From the NCBI GenBank assembly GCA_016464795.1, contig JAEKNN010000026.1, positions 5,059 through 69,058 on the forward strand: 64,000 bases of DNA, read 5' to 3'. The notes beneath the pieces were generated by a model. It saw only the letters and a list, made by a program, of their open reading frames with translations, did no database searches and was not told the DNA's origin. The DNA comes from Candidatus Amunia macphersoniae (lineage in GTDB: Bacteria; Chloroflexota; Dormibacteria; Aeolococcales; Aeolococcaceae). Below, in pieces: positions 54,744-64,000 of the stretch (positions within the stretch are counted from its first letter, which is position 1; every line of letters begins with the position of its first letter). The position numbers and the translations under genes are program-made.

Positions 54744-56108
54744 TCAGCCGGTGCCGCCCAGGAAGCGCGGCAGCGGAAGGCTGACGGTCACCCGGCGGCG
54801 CATCGCCTCGCCCACGCCGATGACCGCGACGCACCAGGTCACCCCGATGATCGCCAGCGTCGTGTAGGCAAGCACCGCAGGCAGTGCGCTGCCCCCATGG
54901 GTCTCACGGGTCAGGTATGCCGTGGATGGTGCGAACTGGGCAGTTCGTGCCGAGCCTGTCGACATCTGGATGGCGGCGAGCCCGTACGTGGGATCTGCGG
55001 GGAGGGAGACCGGCGCTGCTGCCACCGTGTCACCCTTCTCCAGTAACACGATGGTCTTCCAGGAGCCGCCTGTGGGGATGGAGCCGTCGATGATGTAGTG
55101 GCCGGCACCGGTGCTGTGCAGGGGGCTGACGATCAGGCTGCCACCCTGCCAGGTGAAGACCCTGAAGACATCGGCATCGTCGGCGGCCGACGCCGGGGAG
55201 ACCGTCACCGACAGGGTCATGTCCTGCTCAAACGTGGCCAGTCCCTCACGCATGATCGTGGGAACCGTGGGACCGGCGGCCGCTGCGGCTATCGAGGCGC
55301 TGGCGTCGAGCCCGTGACGAGGAAACGGCACGGCAAGCATGGCCACCATCACCGCAAATGCCCCCGCCACCGCCGAGAAGTGCACCACCTGTGGAGCGTG
55401 GGTCACGGCGCGCCCCAGAGCCGACCCCAGGAAGGCAGCGGCAATCGCGATGCCGACCACCACCCACCACGATGCCAGCAGGCGCGGTTGCCACGGTTGC
55501 GGGCTCCACAGCTGCGTCCACCCCCACTCGACAGCCATGCCGACGGTGGCCAGCAGAAGTGCGGTGATCAGCACGCGCAGCGCCGGCACCATCCGCGGGG
55601 TGGCCAGGAACACGGCTTCGACGATCAGTGCGCCACCGACGTACAGCGGGAAGCGTTCCAGGGAGAGGCCGAAGACCGGCCCCACCAACAGCGCGATCGC
55701 CCCGCGCAGCACCAGGAAGGCGGCCACGGCGCGCAACGCGCCACCCCTGCCCAGCGCCTCCCGCGCCGCCACCAGCCCCACACCCATGGCCAGCGCGATC
55801 AGCACCGGGTGGTAGAGGGCCTGCCACTGCGGGATGCCGAGATCGAGCTCGAGCTGGAAGGTCGACAGGCCGATCACCGTCGCTACGGCCAGGGCTTCGG
55901 ACAGGATCCGTCCCCGGTGCTGTCCCGGTGGCGGCGCGCCCGATTCAGCGAGCATCAGCCACGCGGCGATGGGAGTCAGCGCGGCGCCTCCGATCATCAG
56001 CAGGTGGGTGGGGCTCCACATGGTGACGTCGATCCCGTACATCGAATGCCAGTAGTCGTCGAGTGGAAAACCGACAACGGCCCCCAGGCCCATGAGACCC
56101 ATCGGCAA
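54744..56108 (-). CDS. Integral membrane protein (C-terminal part of an internally duplicated membrane protein; possibly continuous with 55945-56535 via frameshift)
   Basis: N-terminus VVGFPLDDYWHSMYGIDVTMWSPTHLLMIGGAALTP is a repeat of VVGFTWDVAWHADLGRDRDLFTPPHVMILVGLAGIG in the upstream ORF; multiple TM helices; 454 aa. Confidence 0.5.
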   Translation of the reverse strand: MPMGLMGLGAVVGFPLDDYWHSMYGIDVTMWSPTHLLMIGGAALTPIAAWLMLAESGAPPPGQHRGRILSEALAVATVIGLSTFQLELDLGIPQWQALYHPVLIALAMGVGLVAAREALGRGGALRAVAAFLVLRGAIALLVGPVFGLSLERFPLYVGGALIVEAVFLATPRMVPALRVLITALLLATVGMAVEWGWTQLWSPQPWQPRLLASWWVVVGIAIAAAFLGSALGRAVTHAPQVVHFSAVAGAFAVMVAMLAVPFPRHGLDASASIAAAAAGPTVPTIMREGLATFEQDMTLSVTVSPASAADDADVFRVFTWQGGSLIVSPLHSTGAGHYIIDGSIPTGGSWKTIVLLEKGDTVAAAPVSLPADPTYGLAAIQMSTGSARTAQFAPSTAYLTRETHGGSALPAVLAYTTLAIIGVTWCVAVIGVGEAMRRRVTVSLPLPRFLGGTG

Positions 56109-56535
56109 CGACCGACCAGGGCACCCGAAGCCGGCCTGCCGCCAGCCCCACTGGGACGCGGTCGGCGCTCGCCAGCGCGATCGACGCCAGGGAGGCGATG
56201 CCGATGCCGGCGAGGCCGACGAGGATCATCACGTGGGGCGGGGTGAAGAGGTCCCGGTCGCGGCCCAGGTCGGCATGCCAGGCAACGTCCCAGGTGAAAC
56301 CCACCACGGCGATCACCAGCGACCACAGGGTGATGCCAATCCCGGCTGCGCACCACGATGGCAGGCCGGTCAGGCGTCCGAGGGTGTCGAAGGGGCGGCG
56401 GCTGACGTGCCTGTCGCGCGGGCCGGCGAGGCTCAGCGCGGCCAGGCCGCCAACCAACGCAAGGAGGCCAAGGCCCAGCGGGATCCACCAGACCGGGCCG
56501 GTCTGGGACAGGCTGTCGATGACCACTGCCAGCAC
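55945..56535 (-). CDS. Membrane protein N-terminal module; reading frame degenerates into Arg/His-rich nonsense after ~aa 135, overlapping next ORF by ~160 nt in another frame (probable frameshift or sequencing error near 56090-56110)
   Basis: First ~130 aa hydrophobic and coding-like, tail RCRFSTRRLLAFDVRDRRHHVEPHPPADDRRRR non-protein-like. Confidence 0.4.
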   Translation of the reverse strand: MLAVVIDSLSQTGPVWWIPLGLGLLALVGGLAALSLAGPRDRHVSRRPFDTLGRLTGLPSWCAAGIGITLWSLVIAVVGFTWDVAWHADLGRDRDLFTPPHVMILVGLAGIGIASLASIALASADRVPVGLAAGRLRVPWSVVADGSHGPGGRCRFSTRRLLAFDVRDRRHHVEPHPPADDRRRRADSHRRVADAR

Positions 56536-56617
56536 GGAAGCTCCTCCTTCCTCCTACGGGATCCTAACCTACCGACAGTACCCTACTCTAAGTAACCCCA
56601 CCCTGTAGAGTCAAGCG

Positions 56618-57226
56618 ATGGTCGAGCTGGCGGTGCGGCGGAGGCTTCCCAAGGCTGAGCGCGAGCAGCAGCTGGTGGAGGTGGCCCAGGCCGTCTTCGC
56701 CGAGCTCGGATTTCGTGCCGCGTCCATGGACGACATCGCCCAGCGGGCCGGGGTCACCAAGCCAATCCTCTATGACCACTTCGGGTCCAAGGACGGCCTG
56801 ATCGCGGCCTGCATCCGTCGGGCCGGGGCCCAGCTGGGCGCGGAGATAGCAGCCGCCGTCGACCGGGCGCCCGGGCCCGCCGACGTCCTCGCCGCCGGCT
56901 TCGGAGGCTTCTTCACGTTCATCGAGTCCCACGGTCAGGGCTGGTTCATGCTCATCGGCGACAGCGCGCTGATCGGCGAGGCGGCGGAGGCGCTGGAGGG
57001 AATCCGCCGCCAGCAGGCCGCCTATGTTGCCGAGCGACTGGCCGCGGAGTTCCCCGCCCTCGACACCGATGAGCTCGAGGCGTTCTCGGAGGCAATCATC
57101 GGGGCCTGTGAGCGGCTGGCCCTGTGGCGTCGCAATCGCCCTGGGGTCAGCGTCGCCGCGGCCACCGCCAACATGATGTCTCTGGTGTGGGGCGGCTTGG
57201 CCTCGCTGAAGGAGACGCCGTCGTGA
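56618..57226 (+). CDS. TetR/AcrR-family transcriptional regulator
   Basis: HTH FAELGFRAASMDDIAQRAGVTKPILYDHFGSKDGL; 202 aa. Confidence 0.85.
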   Translation: MVELAVRRRLPKAEREQQLVEVAQAVFAELGFRAASMDDIAQRAGVTKPILYDHFGSKDGLIAACIRRAGAQLGAEIAAAVDRAPGPADVLAAGFGGFFTFIESHGQGWFMLIGDSALIGEAAEALEGIRRQQAAYVAERLAAEFPALDTDELEAFSEAIIGACERLALWRRNRPGVSVAAATANMMSLVWGGLASLKETPS

Positions 57227-58374
57227 GCTTCACCCTGACCCCTGACCAGGAGCTGCTGCGCAGCACCGTCGCCCAGTTCGTCGATCGCGAGGTGATACCC
57301 CACCGGGCGGAATGGGACCGCGCTGAGCAGGTGGATCGGTCGATCGTCGGCAAGCTCGCCGCCCTCGGCTTGCTCGGGGTCACCATCCCCGAGGAGTACG
57401 GGGGCACTCCGGCCGACCACCGCGCCTACTGCGTGGTCATGGAGGAGCTGGGTCGCGGTGACTCCTCGGTGCGCGGGATCGTCAGCGTCAGCCTCGGCCT
57501 GTTCGGCAAGACGATCCACGCCGAGGGAACCGCGGAACAGAAGGCGCGCTGGCTGCCCCGAATCTGCGCCGGCCAGAGCATCGGCTGCTATGCGCTCACC
57601 GAGCCCGATGTCGGCAGCGATGCGGGACATCTGGCCATGCGTGCTGAGCGCGACGGCGGCGACTGGCTGCTCACCGGGGAGAAGGTGTTCATCACCAACG
57701 GCACGTGGGCCGACCTGGCCCTGGTCTTCGCGCGCACCGGTGGCGACGGACCTCGCGGGATCACCGCCTTCGTGGTCTCCACCGACGCCACCGGGTTCAG
57801 CAGCACAGAGATCACGGGCAAGCTCGGCCTGCGCGGCCAGGCGACCGCCAGCCTGCGTCTGGACGGCGTGCGCGTCCCCGACGCCAACCGTCTGGGCGAC
57901 GAGGGCCGCGGCTTCAAGATCGCCATGGGCGCCCTCAACCGCGGCCGTATGAGCCTGGCAGCAGGCTGCGTGGGGGTGTGCCGAGGCTGCCTGGAGTCAG
58001 CTGTGTCGTATGCAACCGAGCGCATCCAGTTCGGCAAGCCGCTGGCCGGTCATCAGCTGGTGCAGGAGATGATCGCGGACATCGCCGTCGAGACTGATGC
58101 CGCACGAGCGCTCACGTGGGTGGTCGCCGACCTCGCCGACGCCGGCGAGCGGTTCGAGCTCGCGGCCAGCAAGGCGAAATACTTTGCCAGCGAGGCCGCG
58201 GTGCGCTGCGCCAACCGGGCGCTGCAGGTCTTCGGTGGCTACGGGTACATCGACGAGTACCCAGTCGGGAAATACCTCCGCGACGCGCGGGTCACCACCC
58301 TGTACGAGGGCACCAGCCAGGTGCAGAAGCTGATCATCGGCCAGGCCCTCACCGGGATCAGCGCCTTCTCCTGA
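57223..58374 (+). CDS. Acyl-CoA dehydrogenase
   Basis: GTG overlapping TetR stop (GTGA), RBS GAAGGAG; ACAD motifs CYALTEPDVGSDAG, ...QVFGGYGYIDEYPVGKYLRDARVTTLYEGTSQVQ; ~383 aa. Confidence 0.9.
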   Translation: MSFTLTPDQELLRSTVAQFVDREVIPHRAEWDRAEQVDRSIVGKLAALGLLGVTIPEEYGGTPADHRAYCVVMEELGRGDSSVRGIVSVSLGLFGKTIHAEGTAEQKARWLPRICAGQSIGCYALTEPDVGSDAGHLAMRAERDGGDWLLTGEKVFITNGTWADLALVFARTGGDGPRGITAFVVSTDATGFSSTEITGKLGLRGQATASLRLDGVRVPDANRLGDEGRGFKIAMGALNRGRMSLAAGCVGVCRGCLESAVSYATERIQFGKPLAGHQLVQEMIADIAVETDAARALTWVVADLADAGERFELAASKAKYFASEAAVRCANRALQVFGGYGYIDEYPVGKYLRDARVTTLYEGTSQVQKLIIGQALTGISAFS

Positions 58375-58398
58375 GCCTGGTTGCAGCGAACCTCGCGG

Positions 58399-58869
58399 TC
58401 AGCTGAGGAATCGCGTCACCAGCTCGGCGACGCAGCAGGGCTTGGGTCGGTCAGCGATCTCGACCTCGACATGGGTGATCACCTGGAGACCTCCGGGCAC
58501 CTCATCCGCGCTGTCCAGGCGCCCCCGCGCGCGGACCCTGCTGCCGCTGCGCAGGGGTTCCGGGAAGCGCACCCGGTTGGTTCCGTAGTTGATGGCCATG
58601 CGCACACCATGGACCTCATAGATCTCGTGCGTCAGCCGGGGCGTGAGTGCGAGCGTCAGGAACCCGTGTGCGATGGTGGTTCCGAACGGGCCCTCAGCGG
58701 CGCGGGCAGCATCGGTGTGGATCCACTGGTGGTCACCGGTGGAATGCGCGAAGGCATCGATCTGTGCCTGATCGATGATGTGCCAGTCGCTGACGCCAAG
58801 ATCCTCGCCAACCGCGGAGCGAAGCTCATCGAGCGAGTCGAAGGATCGCACCTCAGCGCGCTCCGCCAT
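58399..58869 (-). CDS. MaoC-like (R)-specific enoyl-CoA hydratase / hotdog dehydratase
   Basis: DWHIIDQAQIDAFAHSTGDHQWIHTD...TIAHGFLTLAL hotdog motif; ~156 aa. Confidence 0.8.
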   Translation of the reverse strand: MAERAEVRSFDSLDELRSAVGEDLGVSDWHIIDQAQIDAFAHSTGDHQWIHTDAARAAEGPFGTTIAHGFLTLALTPRLTHEIYEVHGVRMAINYGTNRVRFPEPLRSGSRVRARGRLDSADEVPGGLQVITHVEVEIADRPKPCCVAELVTRFLS

Positions 58870-59671
58870 TGACATACAGCGTCTGCCCGCTGACGTACGA
58901 CGCATCATCGCTGGCCAGGAACGCGATCACCGAGGCAACCTCGTCGGGCTGGCCGACGCGCCTCAGCGGAGTGCGCTCCGCGACCTGTTCCTGGTGCTCC
59001 TCTGGGGAAACCCCGACGCGATCGGCGGTGGCCGCGGTCATCGGTGTGGCGATGTACCCCGGGGCCACCGCGTTGACAGTTATGTTGAATTGGCCAAGCT
59101 CCATCGCCAGAGTCGCGGTCAGCCCTTGGACGCCGGCTTTGGCGGCGGCGTAGTTCGCCTGACCACGGTTGCCCAATGCAGAACGGCTGCTCAGGTTGAC
59201 GATCCGGCCGTATCGCCGCGCCACCATGTGTTGCTGGGCGGCCCGGCACATCAGGAAGACGCTGGTGAGGTTGACGTCGAGCACTGTCGTCCAATCGTCA
59301 TCGGACAGCTTGAACAGGAGATTGTCCCGGGTGATGCCGGCATTGTTGACGAGGACGTCCAGCCGACCGGACTCGGCGAGCACCGCCGCCACCGCGGCAT
59401 CGACGCTGGTGCGAGACGATACGTCGCATTGCACAGCCAGGGCGCGACCGCCACCTGCAGTGATGGCATCGGCGGTGAGGGCGCCGGTCTTCGCGTTCTT
59501 CTCGAAGAGAAAGACCGTCGCCCCTTCGGCGGCGAGGCGGCGAGACGTGGCGGCACCAATTCCCTGACCAGCGCCGGTGACGATCGCCACCCGGTCATGG
59601 AAGCGGTGAGGTGATGACGGCGAGTGTTCAATCAGAGCCGGTTCCCTCGAAGACGATGAGACTGCGCGCAC
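58853..59671 (-). CDS. SDR-family oxidoreductase (3-oxoacyl-ACP reductase-like); exact start uncertain
   Basis: VAIVTGAGQGIGAA, NNAG, catalytic YAAAKAG; 272 aa as drawn. Confidence 0.85.
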   Translation of the reverse strand: MRAVSSSSREPALIEHSPSSPHRFHDRVAIVTGAGQGIGAATSRRLAAEGATVFLFEKNAKTGALTADAITAGGGRALAVQCDVSSRTSVDAAVAAVLAESGRLDVLVNNAGITRDNLLFKLSDDDWTTVLDVNLTSVFLMCRAAQQHMVARRYGRIVNLSSRSALGNRGQANYAAAKAGVQGLTATLAMELGQFNITVNAVAPGYIATPMTAATADRVGVSPEEHQEQVAERTPLRRVGQPDEVASVIAFLASDDASYVSGQTLYVNGGAR

Positions 59672-60734
59672 CCTGCCCGGCGCTCATGGTGGCAAATGCA
59701 TCCTCGACGCCGGCCAGGCTTATGCGGCTGGTGACAAGTGCTGCGAGGTCGAGGCGTCCCGAGCGGACGTGCTCCAGAAGCACAGGGACGTCGGCCACCG
59801 GGTCGCAGTTGCCGTACATCGAGCCTCGCAAGGTGCGCGCGAAGTGGGCGATCTCAAGCGCGTTGAAGGTGAGCGTGTCGGTCTTGGCACCGAGGCCGAC
59901 GATGGTTGCGTGTCCGCCCCGCCGGGTCAGGCCCCACGCGGTTCGGATGGTCTCGGCCCGGCCCACGCACTCGATGGCGTGGTCGGCGCCACGGCCGCCG
60001 GTGAGGGCGCGCACCTGTTTGCCCAGGTCTGGCCCCGGTTCCAGGCTGTGAGTGGCGCCCAGAGAGCGTGCCAGGCCGGCCTTTTCCGGCGCGCTGTCCA
60101 CAGCGACGATGGGGTCGGCGCCCGCGATGCGCGCGCCCTGCACTGCGCACAGACCGACACCTCCCAGACCGATGACCACGACAGACTCTCCTGCTCTGAC
60201 GGCCGCAGCGTGGACCACGGCCCCAACCCCGGTGAGCACGGCACAGCCCAGCAGCGCGGCCTCCTCGAGGTCGACGTCGTCGGGGATGCGGATGCAGGCT
60301 CGTTCGGCGACCACCGTCTGGCTCGCGAATGCCGCCACTCCGAGGCCAGGAAACACAGCCGTGCCATCGTCGAGATGCGCATAGGCGGTGGCCCCACCGT
60401 CGGCTCCGTGGGCACAGAGGAAGGGCTCTCCGTTGAGGCACCACCAGCACGAGTGGCAGGCCGGCGACCAGTTGAGCACCACCACGTCACCCACGTGCAG
60501 CGCGGTGACCCCGGGGCCGGTCTCGCGAACCCGGCCGCAGCCTTCGTGACCGAGAACCGCCGGAGTCTTCTGGGCCAGGGTCCCTCGCGCCAGGGAGAGA
60601 TCCGAATGGCAGACGCCGGTGGCGATCAGCCCGACCCTGACCTGCCCAGGTCCCGGATCGGCGAGCGTGATGCTCTCGATGCGCACTGGCGACCCCGGCT
60701 CCCGCAGGACCGCGGCGGCGACCTGGGTGGTCAT
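59628..60734 (-). CDS. Zinc-dependent alcohol dehydrogenase (class III / formaldehyde-dehydrogenase-like)
   Basis: GVCHSDL, GHEGCG, structural-Zn Cys cluster CHSCWWCLNGEPFLC, GLGGVGL Rossmann; 368 aa. Confidence 0.85.
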   Translation of the reverse strand: MTTQVAAAVLREPGSPVRIESITLADPGPGQVRVGLIATGVCHSDLSLARGTLAQKTPAVLGHEGCGRVRETGPGVTALHVGDVVVLNWSPACHSCWWCLNGEPFLCAHGADGGATAYAHLDDGTAVFPGLGVAAFASQTVVAERACIRIPDDVDLEEAALLGCAVLTGVGAVVHAAAVRAGESVVVIGLGGVGLCAVQGARIAGADPIVAVDSAPEKAGLARSLGATHSLEPGPDLGKQVRALTGGRGADHAIECVGRAETIRTAWGLTRRGGHATIVGLGAKTDTLTFNALEIAHFARTLRGSMYGNCDPVADVPVLLEHVRSGRLDLAALVTSRISLAGVEDAFATMSAGQGARSLIVFEGTGSD

Positions 60735-62230
60735 GGAAGCTGCAGAGACTTGACCAGGAGGAACTCCTCAAGCCCGTGGCGGCCCAGCTCGCGGCCGTTG
60801 CCCGATTGCTTGTAGCCGCCAAAGGGTGCGCTCGGGTTGAACCGCGCACCATTGATGTCGACCTGTCCGGTGCGCAGGCGACGTGCGACGCCGATGGCGC
60901 GCTCGCGATCCGCCGACCAGACAGCGCCGGCGAGTCCGTACCTGCTGTTGTTGGCGATGCGGACCGCCTCGTCCTCATCCTGGTAGCGGATGATCGAGAG
61001 GACGGGTCCGAAGATCTCCTCCTGGGCGATGGTCGCGTCGGGATCCACGTCCACGAAGACAGTGGGTGCAACGTAGTAGCCGCGGTCGGGGAGGCCGTCC
61101 GCATGCGGCCCTCCTGACACGATCCGTGCACCCTCGTCGACGCCGCGCCCGAGATAGGTCTCCACTCGCTCACGCTGAGCCCGGCTGGCGAGCGGACCGA
61201 GACGGGTGCGCGGGTCGCTGGGGTCACCGACGGTGTACCCCGCAGCAGTGGCGGTCACGGTGTCGACGATCTCGTCGTGGCGGGAAGCCGGCACCAGCAT
61301 GCGCGTCCACGCGGTGCAGGTCTGTCCGGAGTTCATGAAGCAGTTGGCAAGGCCCACCTTGACGGCACCGTCCAGGTCGGCATCGTCGAGGATGACGTTG
61401 GCGGACTTCCCGCCCAACTCGAGGGCGACGCGCTTGACGGTGTCCGACGCCAGCGTGCTGACCCTCCGCCCGGCCCGGGTCGAGCCGGTGAATGACACCA
61501 TGTCGACGTCGGGATGGACAGCGAGCGCCTCGCCGACGACCTCTCCCGACCCGGACACGAGGTTGTACACCCCCGCCGGCAGGCCAATGCCCTCGATGAC
61601 CTCGGCGAGGATGCAGGCGCTCAGCGGCGCGATCTCGCTCGGCTTGTGGACGACAGTGCAGCCCGCCAGCAGGGCGGGCGCGATCTTGGCGATGCTCTGG
61701 TGCAGCGGGTAGTTCCACGGTGTGATCGCCGCCACCACCCCCACCGGCTCATGGAGCACCAGGGAGTTGCCCACCGACTCCGTCTGGTCAATCGAGCCTG
61801 CCAGATCGACGAAGGAGGACAGCACCTGCAGTGGCAGGCCGCTCTGCACGGTCATCGCCAGCTTGGTGGGCGCCCCCATCTCCGCGGTGATGGTGCGCGC
61901 CACCTCCTCCTGCCGGGACGCGAGGCCGTGCCGGAGCGCGGCCACGAACCGGGCTCGCTCGGCGACCGGCGTCGCGGCCCAGCCGGGAAAGGCGCGCCGG
62001 GCGGCATCGACGGCGCGGTCCACATCGTCGGCGCTGCCATGGGGCACCCGTGCGATCACCTCTTCGGTCGCAGGGTTCTCCACGGGAATGAAGCGATCGT
62101 CAGCGGAGGTGAGCCACCTGCCGTCCACGAAGAGTCTGTCTGAGCGCGGCACCGAGATCCTCCATGTTGTCGCGGAGGGACAGTACCGGACGCTGCCCGA
62201 GGAGCGCGGATCGCCGCAGCCGATGGCCAT
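60731..62230 (-). CDS. Aldehyde dehydrogenase (NAD(P)+); start at ATG 62230 or GTG 62152 (the latter leaves a plausible divergent promoter region)
   Basis: LFVDGRW..., ITPWNYPL, ELGGKSA, catalytic Cys FMNSGQTCTA, EEIFGPV; overlaps ADH start (ATGA). Confidence 0.9.
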   Translation of the reverse strand: MAIGCGDPRSSGSVRYCPSATTWRISVPRSDRLFVDGRWLTSADDRFIPVENPATEEVIARVPHGSADDVDRAVDAARRAFPGWAATPVAERARFVAALRHGLASRQEEVARTITAEMGAPTKLAMTVQSGLPLQVLSSFVDLAGSIDQTESVGNSLVLHEPVGVVAAITPWNYPLHQSIAKIAPALLAGCTVVHKPSEIAPLSACILAEVIEGIGLPAGVYNLVSGSGEVVGEALAVHPDVDMVSFTGSTRAGRRVSTLASDTVKRVALELGGKSANVILDDADLDGAVKVGLANCFMNSGQTCTAWTRMLVPASRHDEIVDTVTATAAGYTVGDPSDPRTRLGPLASRAQRERVETYLGRGVDEGARIVSGGPHADGLPDRGYYVAPTVFVDVDPDATIAQEEIFGPVLSIIRYQDEDEAVRIANNSRYGLAGAVWSADRERAIGVARRLRTGQVDINGARFNPSAPFGGYKQSGNGRELGRHGLEEFLLVKSLQLP

Positions 62231-62239
62231 ACTCCCTGG

Positions 62240-63172
62240 GTGACGGCAACGCTTGGTACCGCCGAGCGCCAGCGCGTCCGCGATCGGCCGGTCCTGCTGG
62301 CCGCGCTGGGAGCCGGGTGCATCTCCTGCTCGGGGATCCTGGTCGTGCTCGCTGCCGCCGGTGCCGCGACCACCGCGTTCTACCGGTGCGCATTCGCTCT
62401 GCCTGGCCTGGTGGCGCTCGCCATCCTGGAGCAGCGACGGCACGGCAGCCGGACCTCATCGGCACGCGCGGCGAGCTGGTTCGCAGGGTTGTTCTTCGCC
62501 GTCGACCTGGTGCTGTGGACGCACGCGATCGTGGAGGTGGGTGCCGGGGTCGCCACCGTGCTCGGCAACCTGCAGGTGGTGTTCGTGGCACTGGCGGCAT
62601 GGATGCTGCTCAAGGAGCGCCCCACAGCTCAGTTCCTGCTCGCGTTGCCGGTCGTCCTCGGCGGGGTGGTGCTGGTGTCAGGGCTGGTCGGCCATCGGGG
62701 CGTTGGCCGTGACCCGCTCGCGGGCATCCTCTATGGAGCCGCGACATCCCTCGCGTACGCCGCGTTCCTGCTCATCCTGCGACGCTCGACGCGCACCGCC
62801 CACGTGGCGGGTCCGCTTGCCGACGCCACCGCGGGCGCTGCGGTCGGCTCTCTGCTGCTCGGGGCGATGTTCGGAGGCCTCGACCTGGCGCCCGCCTGGC
62901 CGGCGCTGGGCTGGCTTCTGCTGCTTGCCGTCACCAGTCAGACGCTCGGCTGGTTGCTGATCACCTCGTCGCTGCCTCGACTGCCGTCAGCTGTCTCCTC
63001 TCTGCTGCTGCTGTTGCAGCCTGTCGCCGCCCTGGCCCTCGCCTTCCTGGTGCTGGGGGAGCGACCGTCCTGGCTCCAGCTGCTCGGAGCCTTGCTTATC
63101 TGTGCTGGGGTGATGACCGTGGCGCGCAGCGCAGCGGCGTCAGCACCGGTCGGGGAACCCGCAGGGACGTGA
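62240..63172 (+). CDS. DMT-superfamily (EamA-like) transporter; start uncertain
   Basis: 10 predicted TM helices, two EamA-like halves; 310 aa. Confidence 0.7.
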   Translation: MTATLGTAERQRVRDRPVLLAALGAGCISCSGILVVLAAAGAATTAFYRCAFALPGLVALAILEQRRHGSRTSSARAASWFAGLFFAVDLVLWTHAIVEVGAGVATVLGNLQVVFVALAAWMLLKERPTAQFLLALPVVLGGVVLVSGLVGHRGVGRDPLAGILYGAATSLAYAAFLLILRRSTRTAHVAGPLADATAGAAVGSLLLGAMFGGLDLAPAWPALGWLLLLAVTSQTLGWLLITSSLPRLPSAVSSLLLLLQPVAALALAFLVLGERPSWLQLLGALLICAGVMTVARSAAASAPVGEPAGT

Positions 63173-63223
63173 CCCTGCCAGGACGCGAGGGCGCGAGCGT
63201 GGCCAGGGATCACACTACGTGCG

Positions 63224-64000
63224 GTGGGCATTCAGCCGATCGTGGTCCTCGCGGGTGGTGTTGGCGCTGCTCGATTCCTGCAGGGTGTGACCGCTGCGAT
63301 GCCCGTGAGAGACCTGACTGTCATCGGCAACGTCGGAGACGACACCGACGTGGCCGGGCTCCATGTCTCTCCGGACCTCGACACGGTGCTGTACACGCTC
63401 ACCGGGGAGATCGACAGCGAGCGCGGTTGGGGACTTCGCGACGACAGCTCAGTGGCGCTGGAACGGGCGCGATCCCTCGGCGCAGACGCCTGGTTCTGGC
63501 TGGGCGACCGTGACATCGGCCTGCACATGGCGCGCACCCAATGGATGGGAGCTGGGATCCCGCTGAGCACGGTCACCCAGCGACTCACCGCGGCGTTGGG
63601 CTTCCCCGACCGGCTGCTGCCCTGCACCGACGACAGGCTTCGGACCCTGATCGACACGCCCAGCGGGGAGATCGACTTTCAGACCTACTACGTCCGCCAT
63701 CAGCACCGTGACCGCGTCATCGGGCTTCGCTTCGATGGCGCCGAGCAGTCGATCCCCGCCCCGGGCGTCATCGACGCCGTCGCTCGGGCGGCGGCGATCC
63801 TGATTGCGCCGTCGAATCCCTTGATATCCATCGGGCCGATCCTGGCGGTGCCTGGGGTTCGCGAGGCGCTTCGAGATCGCTCAGCGCCGTGCGTGGCGGT
63901 CAGTCCCATCGTCGGTGGAGCGGCAGTGCGCGGACCGGCCGCAGAGATGATGCGCAGCCTCGGCCACGAGGCATCACCCATCGGACTCGCCGAGCTCTAC
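63224..64000 (+). CDS. cofD: 2-phospho-L-lactate transferase (F420 biosynthesis), 3'-truncated by window end
   Basis: GTG start; IVVLAGGVGAARFLQGV...LTVIGNVGDDTDVAGLHVSPDLDTVLYTL...; no stop before position 64000. Confidence 0.8.
   Translation, partial: MGIQPIVVLAGGVGAARFLQGVTAAMPVRDLTVIGNVGDDTDVAGLHVSPDLDTVLYTLTGEIDSERGWGLRDDSSVALERARSLGADAWFWLGDRDIGLHMARTQWMGAGIPLSTVTQRLTAALGFPDRLLPCTDDRLRTLIDTPSGEIDFQTYYVRHQHRDRVIGLRFDGAEQSIPAPGVIDAVARAAAILIAPSNPLISIGPILAVPGVREALRDRSAPCVAVSPIVGGAAVRGPAAEMMRSLGHEASPIGLAELY

Noticed and set aside
62153-62239. ATG at 62230 as the aldehyde dehydrogenase start
   Set aside because: It would leave only 9 bp between divergent ALDH and EamA starts. GTG at 62152 (VPRSDRLFVDGRW) gives a typical ALDH N-terminus and an 87-bp intergenic region. 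It is kept as an alternative, not a certainty.
1-64000. tRNA / rRNA genes
   Set aside because: All intergenic regions were scanned by eye for T-loop-like GGTTCGAATCC-type motifs and cloverleaf symmetry, and none were found. No rRNA-like conserved segments were seen.

Overview
This is a very high-GC (about 70%) chromosomal window from an Actinomycetota-like genome. GTG and TTG starts are common, and many genes overlap at ATGA/GTGA junctions. No rRNA, tRNA, CRISPR array or obvious mobile element was found.

Gene content, left to right:
(i) an orphan parA with a small ribbon-helix-helix partner;
(ii) a GH15 glycoside hydrolase;
(iii) an argC-J-B-D-R-G-H operon with a palindromic ARG box upstream and no argF;
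(iv) housekeeping genes coaX, dus, greA, lysS and serS, plus DegV, a ROK kinase, a thioesterase, a CYTH protein and an FAD oxidoreductase;
(v) a large phosphate-related region.

The phosphate region contains:
- a PAS histidine kinase (no transmembrane segment) divergent from pstSCAB-phoU-phoP(OmpR) and a glycerophosphodiester phosphodiesterase;
- a polyphosphate cluster (SixA-like phosphatase, CHAD protein and ppk1; ppx; a small basic repeat protein; a ROK glucokinase; NUDIX);
- a roughly 12 kb island (40.4-52.3 kb) with five paralogous PF04185-type phosphoesterases (phospholipase C / AcpA-like acid phosphatases). Several are fused to beta-propellers and one is frameshifted. The island also carries a CaCA Ca2+ exchanger, a stand-alone receiver domain and secreted lipoproteins;
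(vi) a TetR-controlled acyl-CoA / aldehyde / alcohol dehydrogenase cluster, an EamA transporter and the start of cofD.

The two most novel signals both sit in the phosphate region. A recurrent tandem 11-bp-phased motif (GGTTAAG-N4-GTCAAG and variants) lies upstream of pstS and of the phosphoesterase genes, and looks like a lineage-specific PHO box. A shared C-terminal tripartite sorting-signal-like tail (hydrophobic-P-[EV]-[SA]-P, then a TM helix, then an Arg-rich end) is present on four of the phosphoesterases, with no cognate sortase or exosortase in the window.
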